A stretch of DNA of 32,000 nucleotides. Origin: Candidatus Saccharimonadota bacterium (GTDB lineage: Bacteria; Pseudomonadota; Alphaproteobacteria; CAJXXZ01; 1604HC). The position numbers were made by a program, and so were the translations under genes. Below, in pieces: positions 26,088 through 32,000 of the stretch; the stretch's first letter is position 1; the number at the start of each line of letters is the position of its first letter. The DNA is taken from positions 360,001 to 392,000 of the forward strand of contig NZ_CP043316.1 in the NCBI RefSeq assembly GCF_008189405.1, in the 5' to 3' direction. The notes under the pieces were generated by a model, which made no database searches, had not been told where the DNA came from, and saw only the letters and a program-made list of their open reading frames with translations.

Positions 26088-26553
26088 CTAAAACTATATA
26101 AAAATAGGAATTAATACATTATTAAGGTATTATTACCAATATAATAAAACAGTTGTCATGCAGTATTTAAAATAGCAAATTGTGAATTAATATTTCCATG
26201 CGATTATGATTAATGCGGTGATTAATCAAACATTTTTATAAATTCATATCACTTCAAAATCATGTATAACGCAAAGTCACTGTGAACTATTACATAATTT
26301 ACGTATAACTCAAGTATTATTCAACACAATACTACGTAGTATAGCATTTTGATCATATATAATATTATGCAAAAAAACAAAAATGTATAAACATTTTATA
26401 ATACCTAATGACTTCCAAATCAAGCATACCTATCGAACTATTTAAAGAAATTTTTAATGTAATTTTAATATGAATATTCTATATAGATTCAATAATAAAT
26501 ACTGGACTTATGAATATTAACATTATATTTAGAGTTTAAGAAGGTTTAGGAAG

Positions 26554-26805
26554 TTATATATCCATCATTCCGAATCGCTTACTAAACCTAGCAGCCATAC
26601 CATCTTTTTCAAGACCAAGCTTATCTTGCTTTGTCCATGCACGATGTGATTTAGGATCAATATCTAGTTCAACAGCTTCTTTCCCACCCCTAGAACTCAT
26701 TATTTCAACTGTAGATCCATCTGTTAAAGTCAAAACAACTTTATTCATTTTTGGATGCTTGGACTTAGCAGACTTATTTTTATTTACTTTATTAGCAGTG
26801 TTCAT
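26554..26805 (-). CDS. rpmE: 50S ribosomal protein L31 with a Lys/Asn-rich N-terminal extension
   Basis: The strings TDGSTVEIMSSRG....LDIDPKSH.AWT and ...ARFSKRFG match the L31 core. Confidence 0.85.
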   Translation of the reverse strand: MNTANKVNKNKSAKSKHPKMNKVVLTLTDGSTVEIMSSRGGKEAVELDIDPKSHRAWTKQDKLGLEKDGMAARFSKRFGMMDI

Positions 26806-26972
26806 AAAACCTCTTTTACAAGATAGTACATAAATATAAGATTTAAATCAATTGCTCATAAAGCTTCAGCATCACACTATATATTTATTCCTCCAGTATA
26901 TCTTCTACATTATTGTAATAATCACACATTGTTTTTATATATTTTATACATCAATTCACCTACAATTAAGGC

Positions 26973-27440
26973 ATGCTATTTTATATAGATCAAGTAAAGC
27001 AATTAGCAAAACGCGTATCAGAAATAGTGAAACATGGAGATGTGATTACTTTAGATGGAGAACTAGGGGCTGGAAAAAGCACATTCTCTAAGTTTCTAAT
27101 TGAAGCATTAGGATTTGATTATATAGGAAGCCCTACTTTCTCTAAAATCATAACGTATGAATCTCCAAAACATTGCTTATGGCATTGTGATTTATATCAA
27201 ATGGGCGATCAGTCAAATCAAAAACATACAGTGATAAATAGCAAACAAAACACATTCAATCAACTAAATGAGTATATATATGATTCTGAAAGTGGTATTT
27301 TAATTGTAGAATGGGCATGTAAATACCCTAATCTAAAATTATTAGAAGATATTATAGAAATAAAGATCGAACATTATTCAGAAAATCAAAGAAAAATATC
27401 TATAACCAAGCATGGCAGATTCAACTATATAACAATATAG
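26973..27440 (+). CDS. tsaE: tRNA t6A37 biosynthesis ATPase TsaE (YjeE)
   Basis: GDVITLDGELGAGKSTFSKFL is present, followed by SPTF and HCDLYQ (H.DLYR). Confidence 0.85.
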   Translation: MLFYIDQVKQLAKRVSEIVKHGDVITLDGELGAGKSTFSKFLIEALGFDYIGSPTFSKIITYESPKHCLWHCDLYQMGDQSNQKHTVINSKQNTFNQLNEYIYDSESGILIVEWACKYPNLKLLEDIIEIKIEHYSENQRKISITKHGRFNYITI

Positions 27441-27587
27441 AGTAGTATATACAAATTAGCGATATAAAATCCAAAACCTATAGAAATGTAGATTGTTATA
27501 AAAAATTACTATAAATCAATACAGAAAACCAAATATAATAACTACCTAAACAATGCAATATTTATCAATAATATATATAATTTGATT

Positions 27588-28886
27588 ATGATCAAAAAAT
27601 ATAATCTAGTTATGGTAAAAAAAATGATTTATGCACTAATATTAATTTTTAATATCACACCCAACATTAATATGAATGCAACTACATTTGTAACTGATAT
27701 AGAGTTTGATGTTACTTTACGGAAAATTATAAAAAAAATTGATCCTCATTTAAAGTATGAATTATTCATTATCAAATCAAATGAAGAAAATGCATTTACT
27801 ACTATAGATAAAAATGGGAATACCATTATTGCGGTATATACTGGATTAATCAAATCCTTGACAGCAGAGGAGTTTACCGGAGTATTATGTCATGAGATTG
27901 GACATATAAAGCACAAACATGTAATTAATTTTATATATGTTTTGAATAAGCAGAAAGCTAGCTTAAATGCACTATCTTTACTAAGCATAATCCCATATAT
28001 CAATATAATTTCTCTCATACTTTTATCTGCTGAATTTAATAATTTAATGATATATTCTCAACAAAATGAAATTGATGCTGATTTATATGCATTTAAAAGA
28101 TTAAACCAACTTAAATGGCCTGTAAAAGGATTAATAGATTTATTTGAAAAATGGAGCTATAAAGAAAATAAAAATTACTTTTCATCTCACCCATGGTCAT
28201 CTTCTAGAAAGGCAATGGCTGAAAAATTCATAGTAAAATCAAATATATTACCAGCAAATATAGAAAAATCATATAAATCAATAAAATCTAGAATTTCAAA
28301 AGAATTATATGAAAATGGGAATCCTAAATTCATACCTTCTAACAATTATGAAAAAATATGGAATAATTATTTAAATCATAAATACGATCTCAATTTACTT
28401 CAAGAAATCACTGAAAGTAAATATCAAAATAAAAGTAGCAAAGATACAAGTCAAAATCATAAAAACAACTATTATAGAAATGAATATATATTACTTGTAC
28501 TGAAAGCAAAAATTCTACTGAAGCAAGGGAAGTATCAAAATGCTATAGATGCTATGCATAAGGTATATGAGCAAACACAAAGTTCAGAAGCATTGTTTTA
28601 TGAAATCTTATGGAAATCACACTATACAAAAAATATCAAATTACATGAAATACAGAATTATCAGCAGAGCAATCCAAGTGACATGCGTATTTGGAATTTA
28701 TTCGCGTATTATTATGCAAAGAAAAATGATAGATCTGCATTTTACTATTATAAATCTGAAGCATCATTAGCTAAAAATGATATGAGAAAAGCTAAATATT
28801 ACTTAAACCGAGCATTGAAAATCACAAAGCAAAACTCCCCATTCAATATCAAAATACAAGATTTAAAGAATGCTATATTAAAGTAA
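27588..28886 (+). CDS. Exported M48-family zinc metallopeptidase with a C-terminal TPR-like region (BepA/YfgC-like)
   Basis: The N-terminus is hydrophobic (MIYALILIFNITP). The HExxH motif is present as CHEIGHIKHKH, with a downstream NEIDAD third-ligand region. The C-terminal half has helical repeats rich in Y/A/K. The start codon is uncertain: 27582 (TTG), 27588, 27612 or 27624. Confidence 0.75.
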   Translation: MIKKYNLVMVKKMIYALILIFNITPNINMNATTFVTDIEFDVTLRKIIKKIDPHLKYELFIIKSNEENAFTTIDKNGNTIIAVYTGLIKSLTAEEFTGVLCHEIGHIKHKHVINFIYVLNKQKASLNALSLLSIIPYINIISLILLSAEFNNLMIYSQQNEIDADLYAFKRLNQLKWPVKGLIDLFEKWSYKENKNYFSSHPWSSSRKAMAEKFIVKSNILPANIEKSYKSIKSRISKELYENGNPKFIPSNNYEKIWNNYLNHKYDLNLLQEITESKYQNKSSKDTSQNHKNNYYRNEYILLVLKAKILLKQGKYQNAIDAMHKVYEQTQSSEALFYEILWKSHYTKNIKLHEIQNYQQSNPSDMRIWNLFAYYYAKKNDRSAFYYYKSEASLAKNDMRKAKYYLNRALKITKQNSPFNIKIQDLKNAILK

Positions 28887-28954
28887 TCTCTATCTTTATA
28901 TTATATATTTGCATTTAATTAAGTAAATATGTATAGTCCAACAAAAGGATTTTT

Positions 28955-31198
28955 ATGTTAAGAAAACTTATAATTATGTTACTTATGGCAAATAAGTCAT
29001 ACGCTATGGAAAACGAAGAGATGGATATGATGGATGAAACACATCAATCTATTGATGATGCATACAGTGAACATACTGTATATTCTGAACCTTTAACTGT
29101 ATCAAAATTAGCTCAATTAGACCCTAAAAGCAAACCAAGCACATCAGAACTTCATTTTGATATTGAAACCATTGGAACTATGAGTGTATGCACTGATGAT
29201 AGCATGAGTACAAGTAGCAGTTATAGTGAATTTGGAACAAAGCAAAATGATTATAAGAAAAAACTAAGTCATAAACTAAAAAAAGAGTATGCGCGCAGAT
29301 CAAATGATTTATTATCAAAAATAAAAGCAGATTCAAGCAAAGCATTAAAGGATAATATGATGAAGATTCTGTCTAATACTGCCAATGATGAAACATATTA
29401 TCGTAGTCAAATAAAAGAAGATAGAGCTGATGATTTTGCTCATATTACTTATATGCAAAAAGCAGAACTGGAACTGTTACGCAAAATGGAAAATAATCTT
29501 AAATCTCAATTAGGAGATGGTATAGATTCTTCTCACCTTAGCGCAATAATCAAGCAACTAGAAACTGAGAAATATAAATCAATACAGGCAGAATGTGAGT
29601 TAGGCGAAAAATTAGAGCAACTAAAACTTGATCTTGCGAATGAAAAAAACGCACATAGTAAAGCAAAAGAGCAATTGAATGATGCAAAACAAAAAATAGA
29701 AGCAATCAATGAAAAAGACAATGCAATTGCTGAGCAAAATGCTACAATTGAAAAATTAAAACTTGAGTTGCAAGACAAGCAAAATGAATTTAATGATCAG
29801 ATTGCAAAATTACAAAATGAAGTTACAAATTTAAAAGTAAATAAAGTAAATGACAATGATAAAACAGATCAATCTGAACTAGGCGAAACTAATGAATGTA
29901 TTGATAAACTAGAGACTGATAAAAATCTAGAGAGCCAACCTAATACAGAGGAATGTGAAAAGATTGCAAAACTATATGAACATTTAGGTAATTCTAAGAG
30001 AGCTGCTCAACTATATCAAAAAGCTGCAGAAGAACACCAAAAATATGAAAGCGAGCATTACATTGAAAAACCTCCATTCAAATCTGCTCAATTATATGAG
30101 AAAGCTTTTCAATTATATAAGAGTATAGGAATGTATGATGAATATACAAAAATGTATAAAAAAGCTGTGGAACTATATGAAAAAGCAAAGCAACATGAAA
30201 AAGTTGCAGAGCTATATTTATACAATTCTCAATATGAAAAGGCTGCAGAACAATACATAAAAGCAGGGCAATCAGAAAAAGCTGCAAAGCAATATGAGAA
30301 TGCACATAAATGTACAGAAGCTGCAGAGCAATATATAGAAGCAAAGCAACCTTTGAAAGCTGCAGAGTTATATATAAAAGCAAATCGATATGAAAAAGCT
30401 GCAGAGCAATATATAGAAGCAAAGCAATATGGAAATACTGCAGATTTATATAAAAAAGCTGCAGATTTATATATAAAAGCAAAGCAATATGAAAAGGCTG
30501 CATTGTTTTATGAAAAAGCCGCGGAACAATATATCAAACTTGCACAAGAATATACAAAAATCATACAGTATGAAGAAGGAAATGGAGGACAAAACGCAAC
30601 AGATGCTACATATTATTATAGTTGCACCGCAAGTAACTATGAATACTCTGCACAGCAATATGCACATTCTGCACAACAATATACAAATGCACATCAATAT
30701 GAAAAAGCTGCTAAACAGTATGAAAAAGCTGCAGAGCAATATGAATGTTATTCGAATGTATATGAAAAAATAGACCTACAACATATTGCTAGTGGTTATT
30801 ATAGTAGTAGTGGCTTTAGTGTTGAAAGTTTGAATTATTTTCGAGCACAGGAAGCAGATTCAAATAGAAAGAATAAAAGTGAAGCATTACAGCGCGTACA
30901 TGCAAAACAACAATACGCATACGCTGCAAAGCAATATGCAAATATTGCAAAACAGTATGAAAAAACTGCAGAGCAATATATAAGTGTGCATAAATATACA
31001 AAAGCTGCTGAAGAATATGAAAAAGCTGCAGATATTTATAAAGATACTGCACAACGATATAAAATGAATGATATATATGTCAAAGCTGTAAAACAGTATA
31101 GCAATGCAATGGAACAATATAAAAATTCAGGAGAATATGAAAAAGCTGAGAATATGCGAGAGAAAGCCAGTGAAATGGAGAAATTAGCTAAATCATAA
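28955..31198 (+). CDS. Orphan secreted repeat protein with a signal peptide, an acidic region, a coiled coil and a long array of ~13-residue 'AAEQYIxAKQYEK' (AAxxY) helical repeats
   Basis: An AAAGGA lies upstream of the ATG. The N-terminus is MLRKLIIMLLMANKSYA|ME. Residues ~150-300 are heptad-rich (LEQLKLDLANEKNAHSKAKEQLNDAKQKIEAINEK..). Residues ~340-745 carry dozens of (K)AA(E/K)(Q/L)Y units spaced 6, 7 or 13 residues apart. Confidence 0.8.
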   Translation: MLRKLIIMLLMANKSYAMENEEMDMMDETHQSIDDAYSEHTVYSEPLTVSKLAQLDPKSKPSTSELHFDIETIGTMSVCTDDSMSTSSSYSEFGTKQNDYKKKLSHKLKKEYARRSNDLLSKIKADSSKALKDNMMKILSNTANDETYYRSQIKEDRADDFAHITYMQKAELELLRKMENNLKSQLGDGIDSSHLSAIIKQLETEKYKSIQAECELGEKLEQLKLDLANEKNAHSKAKEQLNDAKQKIEAINEKDNAIAEQNATIEKLKLELQDKQNEFNDQIAKLQNEVTNLKVNKVNDNDKTDQSELGETNECIDKLETDKNLESQPNTEECEKIAKLYEHLGNSKRAAQLYQKAAEEHQKYESEHYIEKPPFKSAQLYEKAFQLYKSIGMYDEYTKMYKKAVELYEKAKQHEKVAELYLYNSQYEKAAEQYIKAGQSEKAAKQYENAHKCTEAAEQYIEAKQPLKAAELYIKANRYEKAAEQYIEAKQYGNTADLYKKAADLYIKAKQYEKAALFYEKAAEQYIKLAQEYTKIIQYEEGNGGQNATDATYYYSCTASNYEYSAQQYAHSAQQYTNAHQYEKAAKQYEKAAEQYECYSNVYEKIDLQHIASGYYSSSGFSVESLNYFRAQEADSNRKNKSEALQRVHAKQQYAYAAKQYANIAKQYEKTAEQYISVHKYTKAAEEYEKAADIYKDTAQRYKMNDIYVKAVKQYSNAMEQYKNSGEYEKAENMREKASEMEKLAKS
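30150..31180 (+). repeat. Intragenic degenerate tandem repeats with a 39-nt (13-codon) period
   Basis: An exact 30-nt copy, gctgcagagcaatatatagaagcaaagcaa, occurs at 30320-30349 and at 30398-30427. The two copies are 78 nt apart, which equals two 13-codon units. Many diverged copies surround them. Confidence 0.85.
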
Positions 31199-31490
31199 TA
31201 AAACTATCTAAACCTTAATTCTTTTTAACAAGTTAATCCTAATCTTTAGAGATTCTATAATACTCATATCTAAATATGTAATGCACAAAATCTAGGAGTG
31301 TAATAATTAGCCAAAGAGCTATATAGCGTACTAAACCTTGTAATACACTAAACTAAAAGCTACCTATATTCAAGATATAATACACATGCCAATCAACCTT
31401 ACGTACATATATGAAATTCAGTCTGATTCTACCCGAATTCGTGATTTGCGAATTTTTAAATTGAGTTTATTTTGATATTTTTATAGTTCA

Positions 31491-32000
31491 TTAATTTTCA
31501 GATTTTTCAGCTTCTTTTGCTAATTTCTCTTTCCTTGCTTCTTCTTTTATTGCTGCTCTTTCTAATGCTTTTCTTTCAAGAACTGCTTTTTTACGCTCTT
31601 GCTTCTCAATTTCTGCTTTTTCTAACTTTTCTTTTTCGATTCTATTTTGCTCAATCAACTCTTTTTCCAAAGCTTCTTGATCAATTAATTCTTTTTTCCG
31701 TAATTCAATCAAATAATCATGTACGAAATCCAACATATCGTTAATTCCAAGCTTATCCCAACTTGCAAGGCAAAATACATTCTTATATTTCTGTTTTACC
31801 TTTGCTTTTGCTTCTTCAATTTCTTCTTCGTCAACTAAATCACATTTAGTCAGACAAATACAACTTACTTTTTCTGAAAGCTTAGGATCATACTCATGTA
31901 TTTCAGTCATAATGCATTCAATATCTTGCTCAAAATCTGGACTACTTATATCTGCTAAATGTAATAAAACTTTACATCTTTCAATATGTTGTAAAAATTG
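31491..32000 (-). CDS. obg: GTPase Obg/CgtA, 3' part only (the gene continues beyond the window), with a ~70-aa Lys/Glu-rich C-terminal tail
   Basis: The minus-strand frame is open to the window edge. It reads QFLQHIERCKVLLHLADISS...CLTKCDL, which matches Obg FLRHIER..LLH and the G4 NKxD-like TKCD. The ATG at 31910 in the ORF track is therefore internal. Confidence 0.8.
   Translation of the reverse strand, partial: QFLQHIERCKVLLHLADISSPDFEQDIECIMTEIHEYDPKLSEKVSCICLTKCDLVDEEEIEEAKAKVKQKYKNVFCLASWDKLGINDMLDFVHDYLIELRKKELIDQEALEKELIEQNRIEKEKLEKAEIEKQERKKAVLERKALERAAIKEEARKEKLAKEAEKSEN

Noticed and set aside
30078-31117. Five ORFs inside the repeat-protein gene: four antisense (30078..30503, 30467..30739, 30816..31052, 30887..31117) and one alternative-frame ORF on the + strand (30489..30773)
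   Set aside because: They are artefacts of the periodic GCTGCAGAGCAATAT-type repeats, which lack stop codons in several frames. They translate to implausible L/I/C/F-rich peptides.
31435-31457. Hairpin GAATTCG-tgatttg-CGAATTT followed by a T-run, considered as a rho-independent terminator
   Set aside because: The stem is only 6-7 A/T-rich base pairs, and it lies ~240 nt downstream of the nearest + strand gene. This is too weak to report as a feature.
31517-31744. 75-aa ORF (LLLLLLLF...) antisense to the Obg tail
   Set aside because: It is the mirror image of the Glu/Lys-rich (GAA/AAA) coding strand and is not a gene.

Overview
The window is very AT-rich, uses the standard genetic code, and has tightly packed operons separated by several long gene-free spacers. 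Gene content points to a reduced, probably obligately host-associated alphaproteobacterium (Rickettsiales-like). The supporting genes are an unmistakable CtrA response regulator, a two-cold-shock-domain protein, RppH, an addB-addA-type gene pair and a membrane H+-pyrophosphatase.

Housekeeping genes I can support:
- ctrA, a marC-family gene, alaS, engB and a 2xCSD gene
- rppH, a Bcr-like MFS transporter, mnmA, acpS and an ArcD/PotE-like APC permease
- rpsD, an AddA-like helicase with a degenerate upstream partner, and hppA
- the 5' part of the dcw cluster (mraZ-rsmH-ftsL-ftsI-murE)
- rpmE, tsaE, a BepA-like M48/TPR peptidase, and a partial obg that runs off the right edge
- four tRNAs: Thr-GGT, Gln-CTG, Leu-CAA and Thr-CGT

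I see no CRISPR array, transposase, integrase, phage genes or recognisable toxin-antitoxin or defence system.

The observations most worth a second look are:
1. An orphan protein with a Sec signal whose C-terminus (..AKGGGCGCSCTIS*) mimics the H-Ras polybasic / palmitoyl-Cys / CaaX farnesylation tail. This makes it a candidate host-prenylated effector.
2. A 747-aa orphan protein with a signal peptide, a coiled coil and a long array of about 13-residue 'AAEQYIxAKQYEK' repeats.
3. An AddAB-like pair in which both nuclease modules appear to be missing or dead.
4. A strictly 10-bp-phased CCC(A) array plus two TGTGGAAA boxes directly upstream of mraZ, a candidate MraZ operator.
5. A perfect 65-bp tandem duplication that copies the 3' end of tRNA-Thr.
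6. A perfect 11 x 9-bp minisatellite.
7. A tRNA-Leu whose acceptor stem has four G.U pairs.

All functional calls come from motif recognition by eye. No database search was possible.
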